Part shown: positions 55,015-62,294 of the stretch, piece after piece
How the letters are laid out: every line of letters begins with the position of its first letter
How positions within the stretch are numbered: position 1 is the stretch's first letter
From: Candidatus Saccharimonadia bacterium
Lineage (GTDB): Bacteria; Patescibacteriota; Saccharimonadia; CAILAD01; BJGX01
Assembly: GCA_039738635.1 (NCBI GenBank)
Contig: JBCLLN010000002.1
Location: 106-64,105, forward strand
Direction: 5' to 3'
Length of the DNA: 64,000 bases
Program-made: the position numbers and the translations under genes
Notes under the pieces: model-generated
The model's input: the letters and a program-made list of their open reading frames with translations, nothing else
The model's database searches: none
What the model was told of the DNA's origin: nothing

Positions 55015-57270
55015 CTAATTTGCTATAAGATTTATGTTCTTAGTTAGTGTTGAGTCAGCCGTGATTGTAGCGTCGCTGTACAATGTATTGTGGCCTCTTC
55101 TTCTGTACTTTATAGAGTATGTTCCGACTGGTATGCCAGTCAATGTGTATTGTCCGTTTCCACCTGTTCTTACACTGTGCCTACTGCCATTATAGTAAAC
55201 CGATACATAAACCATGCCCAGTGGCGCATTACTTTTCGAGCTAGTCACGATTCCAGTTACTGTGCCTGTTGTGGATGGTGGCGTTTGGGTGGTGGCGTTA
55301 GCGGTGTTAGACGGTGGGCTGGAGCCAATGCTGTTAGTGGCTTTTACGTAGTAGTAGTAAGTGGTAGCAGAGTTTAGGCCAGTGTTCCCAAAGGAAGTAG
55401 TGCTACCGGTGACAGAAATTATCTTGGTGTAGGTAGAGGTGTCAGTGGTGGTACCACGATAGATATCATAGGCAGAAGGGTTGCCGCTACTGGCATCCCA
55501 GCGCAGGTCAATCTGGTTGGCTGATGTGGCCCCAGCTGTAAGACTGGTTGGTGCAAATGGGGCTGTTGGCGCAGCGGGGGTGGTAGCAGCCAAGGTAGCA
55601 GGAGTTAAACTATAGTTGTTAGCATTATCAATAGCATAGAGCTGATAGCTGTAGGTAGTTGAAGGAAGAATAGGAACCTCAATTGTACCGGTATCGGAAA
55701 AGCTTATGGCGTCAGGGCCCAGGAATGGTAACGATACGCCGTTACGCACCAACAAGTAGTTTTTGATGCCACTAGCGTCCGTAGAAGCGTCCCAACTTAA
55801 GTCTACTCTGTTGTAGGCGGTTGCTGTGGTTCTAAAGTTTTCTGGAACCGTCGGTGGTGTTGTTTCACCATTTTGGACGGTCACTGTATTGGTATCGCGA
55901 AGTGATGGGTTGTTAGCAGCGTCGAAAGACTCTGCAGCTATGGTGTGGGTTCCGTTAGGCGTATTAACAGTATTTGTGTTCCAGCTAAAGGTGTAAGGTT
56001 CGGTAGTGTCTTCATGTCTTAGAACTCCGTCAACAAAGAATTGAACTCTAGTAACCCCAATGTCATCGTCAGCCGTAGCCGTGACGGTTACGGTGCCGCT
56101 TACTGTCTCTCCGTCAGCTGGGCTATCAACGCTAACTGTTGGCACAGTGGTGTCAGGAACCGTAATGCTTACGGGGGGAGCCGATGGGTCAGACGCATTG
56201 CCAGCTCCGTCTTTGGCGATAACATAGTAGCTATAGGTTTGCCCAACGACTAGAGGGGCGTCTGTAGTTGATGTTGGCACTGGTGTTCCTGTGACAGTTT
56301 TCAGGAATGTGCCTCCTCTGTAAATATCGTATCCAGTTACGCCACCACTATCAGTGCTGGCTGTCCAGGTTAGGTTGGCTTGTGGAGTTACTGTACCACT
56401 AGCCATTACAACTCTAAGATTAGTTGGCTGGGTTGGCTTAGTTGTATCGCTGTTAGCCACAGTGACCTCCACCGGCAGGCTGATCTTTTCGTTACCATGT
56501 TGGTCATAAGCTTTAGCCGTAAGTGAGTAGCGCCCGTTTGGAACCGGATTTGTAACCGAAAGGGTGTCCCAAAGTACTGAATATGTATTCGCGACATCGG
56601 GCGTGGTAGCGGGCGTGATATCGGTGCCAATCAGGTCGGCTCCCCTGAAAAAGTCAACTCTACTTATACCAAAGTTATCGGTTGCAATAGCGCTAACGCG
56701 AACCGTTGCTCCGTTAACTATAGCGTTAGGAGCTGGGGCATTTAGCGTAACAACGGGAGGTGTAATTTCCGTACAATTGTCACCAGTTCCCCTAGGACTA
56801 CAGATAGCAGAGGTTTTCATTAATAAGACACGGTCAACCTTAACTCCTGGCTCGGTGCCATACATCTTGACGGTGTGAGTACCAGCAGCCAACACCACAT
56901 CTATTTTGGTGTTAGTGTTAGTGGCGCCGTTTTTGTAGTCAACCCAAGTCCAAGTGTTTGGAGCTATAGTAGCCGAGTCTCCAACTTTAATACCACAGTT
57001 GTTATCGCCAATATCAAGAGTAAAGGAGTTGCTAATAGTATCAGGAGCCATAATACGGGCAGTTACCCGATAAGTACCGGCTTGATCTGCGTTAAGGGTG
57101 ATAGTAGGTGCCGTAACCGTTCCGTAAGGCGCGCTAGGCGCCGCACAAGCCGCATTTGCTCTCTCTGGTGAGGCTACTACCATACTAAGCCCAGCAAGCA
57201 GGACAGCTGACGCCAAAATTAAACTAAAATTTCGGTTTATGGCTTTTGTCATTGTTTTAAGCTTATGCAT
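55015..57270 (-). CDS. Large secreted multidomain surface/adhesin-like protein (CBM-like N-domain, alternating Ig-like and FN3 domains, C-terminal CarboxypepD_reg-like domain)
   Basis: The signal peptide is MHKLKTMTKAINRNFSLILASAVLLAGLSMVVA. FN3 signatures include LTWTASTDSGGVTGYDIYRGG...AKDGAGNAS. Ig-like repeats include VTATADDDIGVTRVQFFVDG. The C-terminus reads GTVTGIVTSS...GNGQYTLTGIPVGTYSI. Confidence 0.7.
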   Translation of the reverse strand: MHKLKTMTKAINRNFSLILASAVLLAGLSMVVASPERANAACAAPSAPYGTVTAPTITLNADQAGTYRVTARIMAPDTISNSFTLDIGDNNCGIKVGDSATIAPNTWTWVDYKNGATNTNTKIDVVLAAGTHTVKMYGTEPGVKVDRVLLMKTSAICSPRGTGDNCTEITPPVVTLNAPAPNAIVNGATVRVSAIATDNFGISRVDFFRGADLIGTDITPATTPDVANTYSVLWDTLSVTNPVPNGRYSLTAKAYDQHGNEKISLPVEVTVANSDTTKPTQPTNLRVVMASGTVTPQANLTWTASTDSGGVTGYDIYRGGTFLKTVTGTPVPTSTTDAPLVVGQTYSYYVIAKDGAGNASDPSAPPVSITVPDTTVPTVSVDSPADGETVSGTVTVTATADDDIGVTRVQFFVDGVLRHEDTTEPYTFSWNTNTVNTPNGTHTIAAESFDAANNPSLRDTNTVTVQNGETTPPTVPENFRTTATAYNRVDLSWDASTDASGIKNYLLVRNGVSLPFLGPDAISFSDTGTIEVPILPSTTYSYQLYAIDNANNYSLTPATLAATTPAAPTAPFAPTSLTAGATSANQIDLRWDASSGNPSAYDIYRGTTTDTSTYTKIISVTGSTTSFGNTGLNSATTYYYYVKATNSIGSSPPSNTANATTQTPPSTTGTVTGIVTSSKSNAPLGMVYVSVYYNGSRHSVRTGGNGQYTLTGIPVGTYSIKYRRRGHNTLYSDATITADSTLTKNINLIAN

Positions 57271-57358
57271 TTTCGTTAACTCCTATATTACTACTGTTTC
57301 TACTATTGTCAATAAAATTTGCGTAATTAATTGTCATTATGGTTGCCATACCTTTACA
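57259..57358 (-). repeat. Junction repeat A (100 nt): 3' end of a GH16-type gene + intergenic + start codon region
   Basis: Near-identical to 57437..57536, with a period of 178 nt. It contains ttatggttgccatacctttaca (= ...VKVWQP*) and aagcttatgcat (= ATGCATAAGCTT, MHKL). Confidence 0.9.
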
Positions 57359-57448
57359 ACCCAATCCGGTCACAAGCAGAGTGAGTGCAATTACCATTGT
57401 TACGGGTTGTTTTATGAAATTTTTGACTGTTGTTCTAAGCTTATGCAT
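57263..57448 (-). pseudogene. Remnant: orphan signal peptide (MHKLRTTVKNFIKQPVTMVIALTLLVTGLG) fused out of frame to a duplicated GH16 3' end
   Basis: After about 30 aa, this 61-aa track ORF reads through the repeated ...tgtaaaggtatggcaaccataa segment in a different frame from the one used in the intact GH16 gene. Confidence 0.6.
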
Positions 57449-57536
57449 TTTGATTAACTCCTATATTACTACTATTTCTACTACTGTCAATAAAATTTGC
57501 GTAATTAATTGTCATTATGGTTGCCATACCTTTACA
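57437..57536 (-). repeat. Junction repeat B (100 nt), overlapping the true 3' end of the GH16 gene 57515..58627
   Basis: See 57259..57358. Confidence 0.9.
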
Positions 57537-58627
57537 TAATCAATTTCCATAGTTCCAGGCAAATCCGCGTTTAGGTTACCGTCACAATATGATGCACCAT
57601 CACTACATTCCCTACCTGTATACCCGTGCCATGCAGGACCCGCGCCTCCCATGGCTAAATTCATGTGGATACTGTGCTCATAGCCAAGTGCTGTTAACTC
57701 CTCTGTTGTAGTTGCTGTATGCTCGCGAACAAGCACTCCATCTATAAACCACTGCAATTTGTTAGCGGTCCAGTTAAATCCGTAAGTGTGCCAATTATTA
57801 GTGCCCCCAGCTACAAGTGGGTTGGGTGGCTTGATATTAAGCGGACAAGTAGAAGACGGCGGATTGTTCACGCAGTGTCCTCTGGCCCCGATATTACCGC
57901 CAGTTTTATGAAAGTTACTTTCAACTTTGTCGGGCCAAGCACCGAGTTGCTCAAATATGTCAAACTCACCGTAAGCTGGCCAACTAGGGCTCGAACCGTC
58001 ACCTGCGCCAACCAGCCAGTAGGCTCCCCAATACAAATTTCCCAGTGGTAATTTAACTCGTGCCTCCGTATAGCCATGCCGATATTTGTACTTAAGATCT
58101 CCGCCCTGTTTCCTTGTGGTTACCATACCGGATGTAAAATAATAAGTATTGTTACCGGTATCAGGGTTTAAGCTTCCACAGCTGACAGTTTGGCGCTTGC
58201 CAACCATCTTGAGTGTTCCGCCGGAAACAGTAGTATTAGCAGCCATATAACACTGATCTTCGTTATTACCACCACCATAGTTACTATTATTTTGAACATT
58301 CCACCTGGCAGTACTTACGGCTGAACCATCAAAATTTTCATCAAATTTATTCTGCCAAACAGCTCCGCCAGTAACTATTGAGGGAGGCTGGCCTGATGGT
58401 GGAGTTACCTCTGCCCCAAACGCTATGGCTTTGCCGCCAGAGGCATTAGCATCATCTATTATAATAGCTGGCGATTGGATGTTAGAAGCTGTACTTTCTG
58501 GCTCTATACTAAAAGATGGGGTGGCGGCTCTGCTAATGAATAGAATGGTGGCACCTATTAGAGTGAAGATTGCTATAAATATAACAAAGCCATGTTTGGA
58601 TTGGGCAAAGCCCTTAATTTTCTTCAT
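57515..58627 (-). CDS. Secreted GH16 family glycoside hydrolase (laminarinase-like) with the shared N-terminal module; start set at MKKIKGF
   Basis: WQNKFDENFDGS...NNEDQCY and the catalytic EFDIFE motif. Signal peptide plus ATPSFSIEPESTASNIQSPAIIIDDANASGGKAIAFG. Confidence 0.8.
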   Translation of the reverse strand: MKKIKGFAQSKHGFVIFIAIFTLIGATILFISRAATPSFSIEPESTASNIQSPAIIIDDANASGGKAIAFGAEVTPPSGQPPSIVTGGAVWQNKFDENFDGSAVSTARWNVQNNSNYGGGNNEDQCYMAANTTVSGGTLKMVGKRQTVSCGSLNPDTGNNTYYFTSGMVTTRKQGGDLKYKYRHGYTEARVKLPLGNLYWGAYWLVGAGDGSSPSWPAYGEFDIFEQLGAWPDKVESNFHKTGGNIGARGHCVNNPPSSTCPLNIKPPNPLVAGGTNNWHTYGFNWTANKLQWFIDGVLVREHTATTTEELTALGYEHSIHMNLAMGGAGPAWHGYTGRECSDGASYCDGNLNADLPGTMEIDYVKVWQP

Positions 58628-58754
58628 AATTTTGTTCTTTTTCACCTTAATCACAACTATACTCTCATAAAACACTAAGCACAACCAGCATTGGTTATGG
58701 GCTATTGTTGAGTATGGTAAGCCCGTCTATAGTAGATTTCCTACCTAAAAACAA
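58425..58754 (-). repeat. 5' cassette copy 1 (promoter + start + signal peptide + module coding)
   Basis: Near-identical to 61630..61956 and highly similar to 60159..60468 and 63178..63469. It contains TTGTGC (58684-58679) -17- TATAGT (58661-58656) on the minus strand. Confidence 0.85.
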
Positions 58755-58789
58755 CCCCCATAGCTTACGCCGCTAGCCTAAACAAAAGT

Positions 58790-58900
58790 TCAGACAAGGT
58801 GTTCGCAGAAAAGGGAGCTTGATACTCCGACCAAAGCAAAAGCTAATACAGACAGTGCAATACTTCGTTGGTTTTTTGTTTTGTCTTTAAAAATAGTCAT
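58790..58900 (-). pseudogene. Orphan 36-codon ORF resembling a lone signal peptide (MTIFKDKTKNQRSIALSVLAFALVGVSSSLFCEHLV)
   Basis: Hand translation. It has a basic n-region and a hydrophobic core, then a stop. It is too short for the ORF track. Confidence 0.35.
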
Positions 58901-59005
58901 TTTATTATCAACACCATTCTTACCAAATATTATCGTTAATTATAATGCCTAGTTTTTATTAAGGCAATTGTTAAACAAATTATTTTGAGAAAGTGGCTAA
59001 TTGTT

Positions 59006-60358
59006 TTAGTCGATATCGGCTACCCATAACTTCCAGTCGCCCGGAGTACTAGATCCTGAACGCGTCATTGACAAGTTAATGAATGGGCCATCCTCTGAAG
59101 AGTTGGCGAATTGCCAATAGGCTCGTCCGATTCTTTTTTCATTAAAAATAGTTGTCATATCTTTGCGCCACTGAACCGAGTTAGTGACTTTCTCAACATT
59201 ACCGTCGCCTTCAATAATGCCCCACTCTCCTGCATGCAGAGGAATGCGTAGTCTAGAATCCGCCAGCATATTCAAGTTAGCATCAATGTGTGCTGCTAAA
59301 TCAGTTATGCTAACAAATTGATAGCCTGCTTGATTTTCATAGGTCTGATTACCGCAAACTGTTCCGCTGGAATCAGAATATCCATCGTTGTTGGCATCGG
59401 CGCTACAGACTTTTGCCCCGCTAACGTTTTTGGTGCCGCCGTAATAGGGGTGGAATGAGTATACTATATTGGTTTTACTGGAAAGCACAGCCCAGGTGTT
59501 GGCTGTGAATAGTTTGTTGCCACCCGTAGGCTCAATCATCAATATTTTATCTGGGTCCTTGCCTCTGGCCCATCCTATTAGGGTGCTATACATAGATACA
59601 ACTGCTGCGTTATCGGCGTAGACTTTCGGCTTGGGCTCGTTAACTAGGTCAATCGCTACAACTGTAGGCTCATTGGCATAGTCTGTGGAGACTTTTTCTA
59701 TGTAGTCTCTAGCGTTGGTTTGGACGCTAGTTACGCTGCCTTGGTAAACCCCGTCTGCATTAAGAACTCGGGCCCAGGGAGGAATGCAAAGCCTGTAAAT
59801 CGTCCCGCAATCAAGTCCCTCGCCCCCAAAATGAATTGGATCAAGAATGACATATACGCCGGCGGCTTTGGCATTATCAACAGCCGCCCTCAACCTATTA
59901 AATGCTGTTGTACTGAATCCGGCGGTACCGGCCGAGGGCTGAAAAACATTCCAATCCATAACAAGGCGTACCGAGTTAAATCCTTTGAGTTTAATCTTAT
60001 CCATCTGGGCACGGCTAGCTATTATCTCGCTGTTACTGCCGCCAATGTAACGAATATTAGCCCCGTTCATGACGACCACTTGATTACTGGGCGTACAAAA
60101 GGCGTCTGGGTAGCAGGTATGAAAATCGCTGCTAGTTGAAACTTCATCACCAAATTTAATGGCACTGCCGCCACTGGCATTAGCATCGGCTATGGTTGTG
60201 GCTGGCAAGGGTACTGTTCCGCCTTCCGGTTCAATACTAAATGCTGGGGTGGCGGCTCTGGTTATGAATAGAATGGTGATACTTATTAGAGTGAAGATTG
60301 CTATAAATATAACAAGGTTATGTTTGGATTGGGCAAAGCCCTTAATTTTCTTTATCAT
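59006..60358 (-). CDS. Secreted GH5 family glycoside hydrolase (cellulase/mannanase-like) with the shared N-terminal module; start set at MIKKIKGF
   Basis: Acid/base motif VNEP and nucleophile motif GEWG. Signal peptide plus ATPAFSIEPEGG...DANASGGSAIKFG. Confidence 0.8.
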   Translation of the reverse strand: MIKKIKGFAQSKHNLVIFIAIFTLISITILFITRAATPAFSIEPEGGTVPLPATTIADANASGGSAIKFGDEVSTSSDFHTCYPDAFCTPSNQVVVMNGANIRYIGGSNSEIIASRAQMDKIKLKGFNSVRLVMDWNVFQPSAGTAGFSTTAFNRLRAAVDNAKAAGVYVILDPIHFGGEGLDCGTIYRLCIPPWARVLNADGVYQGSVTSVQTNARDYIEKVSTDYANEPTVVAIDLVNEPKPKVYADNAAVVSMYSTLIGWARGKDPDKILMIEPTGGNKLFTANTWAVLSSKTNIVYSFHPYYGGTKNVSGAKVCSADANNDGYSDSSGTVCGNQTYENQAGYQFVSITDLAAHIDANLNMLADSRLRIPLHAGEWGIIEGDGNVEKVTNSVQWRKDMTTIFNEKRIGRAYWQFANSSEDGPFINLSMTRSGSSTPGDWKLWVADID

Positions 60359-60468
60359 TTTGTTCTTGCTCACCTTAATCACAACTATACTCTCATAAAA
60401 AACTAAACACAACCAGCGTTGGTCATGGGCTATTGTTGAGCGTGGTAAACTCGTCTATAGTAGATTTT
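60159..60468 (-). repeat. 5' cassette copy 2
   Basis: See 58425..58754. The promoter elements are TTGTGT (60412-60407) and TATAGT (60389-60384). Confidence 0.85.
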
Positions 60469-60597
60469 CCAACAGGACGCCAAAAAGGTTGGCGCCTGCT
60501 GTTGGAAAATCGAACAGTTTCATCATGCAGTAAAGCAACTAACCGGCGTAGCTAAATGCCAGGCCAGGAAAGGTAGAAAACAGCGGAACCATATTCT

Positions 60598-60635
60598 TCA
60601 AATATGTCAAACTCACCGTAAGCTAGCCAACTAGG
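60598..60635 (-). pseudogene. 38-nt fragment of a GH16 paralogue (catalytic-motif region)
   Basis: tcaaatatgtcaaactcaccgtaagctagccaactagg matches 57951..57988 inside the intact GH16 gene with 1 mismatch. It encodes ...AYGEFDIFE. Confidence 0.7.
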
Positions 60636-60688
60636 ATTGGCAGAGGCGATTGGGGCTACGCTCTATCTCTTGAGCCAGCTATAAGGAG

Positions 60689-60832
60689 GTGCGAAGTATT
60701 TGTAAAGCCTGTCCGGTTAGAAGACCGTGCTTGGAATATGGTCTTTTCGCGGAGATTAGAGTCCATGGGATGTTTGGCAGCGCCACTGGCTACGAAAGCG
60801 GGAAGATTGCCAAGGAATACCCCCCAGCTTAA
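60689..60832 (+). pseudogene. WhiB-like (Wbl) C-terminal fragment
   Basis: My hand translation gives VRSICKACPVRRPCLEYGLFAEIRVHGMFGSATGYESGKIAKEYPPA*. It has the CxxCPVRxxCLEY spacing typical of WhiB-like Fe-S proteins. The first Cys and N-terminus are missing, and there is an in-frame stop at 60671. Confidence 0.4.
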
Positions 60833-60848
60833 ACTCTTTGTCACACTA

Positions 60849-61832
60849 CTAGCGGCAGGGCTTGCGACCACCATCCAGGTTAAGCGGCATAAGTAAGGAA
60901 TTGAAGTTCTGGGTGTTCATAGTAGGACAGAATTTGCTTTGCTGCACGCTGTACTCGATTTGAAAGACGGCTTTGTTGTTATCGATGAAGTACGTCTTGT
61001 AATCACGGCACTCATCGTATTGGTTGCACTGTTCGTTAACGGCAAAGTCGAAATCCTGCCACAAGCTTGGAATCTGGTCAACATCGTTCTTAAGGGCCGC
61101 CGATAAGCCACGATTATGTGCTTGGGTGGCCAGATATTTGTTGTAAGTAATCTGCTCGGTAGCCGTTATATCAAATCCACTATCATTGGAGTAACCGTCG
61201 ACATTGTCGAACTCAACGGCGTCAAATCCTTTGCTCTTACACATATCCATACGTTTTTGCATAATCGGTCCAAGTATAGAAATCTGCCTAACATCGAGCC
61301 AGCGTTCTCCCGGCCAACCGTCAAGATTACTGCCCTTGACAGGATCTGGAAAGGATCCGGCATCGGAGCGCCAGTCTTCCCAACTACCGGCAGAGAGGTA
61401 GCAAATGACTTTTTTGCCCATGCCATGTAGCGCAGTAACGGTACTGGCGGGGTTGTCAAAGCCGTCAATGGAATAGACTAGCGGGTCGGGGGCAGGATTA
61501 CCTAGGTAATTTGTGACACCTGTACCCATATCAGACGCACTGGCTGTATTGAGCGGGCGTGCCAACAGCCACATAAAAGGAGAGTTGAGGGCGGGTTGCC
61601 AGCGACCAGAGGAAGGGGTGTTAAATTGAATGGCTTTGCCACCAGAGGCATTAGCATCGTCTATTATAGTAGCTGGCGATTGGATGTTAGAAGCTGTACT
61701 TTCTGGCTCTATGCTAAAAGATGGGCTGGCCGCTCTGCTTATGAATAGAATGGTGATACTTATTAGAGTGAAGATTGCTATAAATATAACAAGGTTATGT
61801 TTGGATTGGGCAAAGCCCTTAATTTTCTTCAT
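60849..61832 (-). CDS. Secreted GH114 family protein (endo-alpha-1,4-polygalactosaminidase-like) with the shared N-terminal module; start set at MKKIKGF
   Basis: VICYLSAGSWEDWRSD, GERWLDVR, GFDAVEFDNVDGY and LSAALKND are typical of the GH114/TM1410-like family. Confidence 0.8.
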   Translation of the reverse strand: MKKIKGFAQSKHNLVIFIAIFTLISITILFISRAASPSFSIEPESTASNIQSPATIIDDANASGGKAIQFNTPSSGRWQPALNSPFMWLLARPLNTASASDMGTGVTNYLGNPAPDPLVYSIDGFDNPASTVTALHGMGKKVICYLSAGSWEDWRSDAGSFPDPVKGSNLDGWPGERWLDVRQISILGPIMQKRMDMCKSKGFDAVEFDNVDGYSNDSGFDITATEQITYNKYLATQAHNRGLSAALKNDVDQIPSLWQDFDFAVNEQCNQYDECRDYKTYFIDNNKAVFQIEYSVQQSKFCPTMNTQNFNSLLMPLNLDGGRKPCR

Positions 61833-61956
61833 AATTTTGTTCTTTTTCACCTTAATCACAACTATACTCTCATAAAACACTAAGCACAACCAGCATGGTT
61901 ATGGGCTATTGTTGAGTATGGTAAGCTCGTCTATAGTAGCTTTCCTACCTAAAAAC
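61630..61956 (-). repeat. 5' cassette copy 3
   Basis: See 58425..58754. The promoter elements are TTGTGC (61889-61884) and TATAGT (61866-61861). Confidence 0.85.
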
Positions 61957-62294
61957 ATTAAATTGAAACTATTCCTTGTCACGGCTAATTTATAGTTTTA
62001 GTATAAGGTTCGACCTTGAGAGGTGTATTTTATTGTAATTTATTTTGCATTGGCTAATTCGTGTTCAATAAGGACTAGAGAGTCTTGGTGGTCTTGATAA
62101 TCCTCAAGAAAAGCTAGGTAGCTCTCTCCCTCGAATAGATCCAGAATTTTCTGAGGTTGAAGCCAAGCCGGCGAAGGTTTACCTAAGTATTGTGCCAAGC
62201 TCGAATAATGATAGCTGTTAGAGGGCAGGCTCTAGCAGTAAATAAGAAATAGAAACTATAATTAGCGTCAGCTATTTTACGGTCTCCTGTTTGT

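Noticed and set aside
58628-58684. An N-terminal extension MCLVFYESIVVIKVKKNKI appears on four hydrolase ORFs (also at 60359..60412, 61833..61889 and 63375..63431).
   Set aside because: It starts at a TTG that is itself the -35 hexamer (TTGTGC) of a well-spaced promoter with TATAGT. A hydrophobic-then-basic prefix ahead of a normal MKKIKGF signal peptide makes no sense as protein. I treat it as promoter/5' UTR, except for the open question in the copy lacking the ATG.
60656-60874. The 72-aa minus-strand track ORF between the GH5 and GH114 genes.
   Set aside because: It has no recognisable features. The opposite strand carries the much more specific WhiB-like CxxCPVRxxCLEY pattern, so the minus-strand ORF is probably its shadow.
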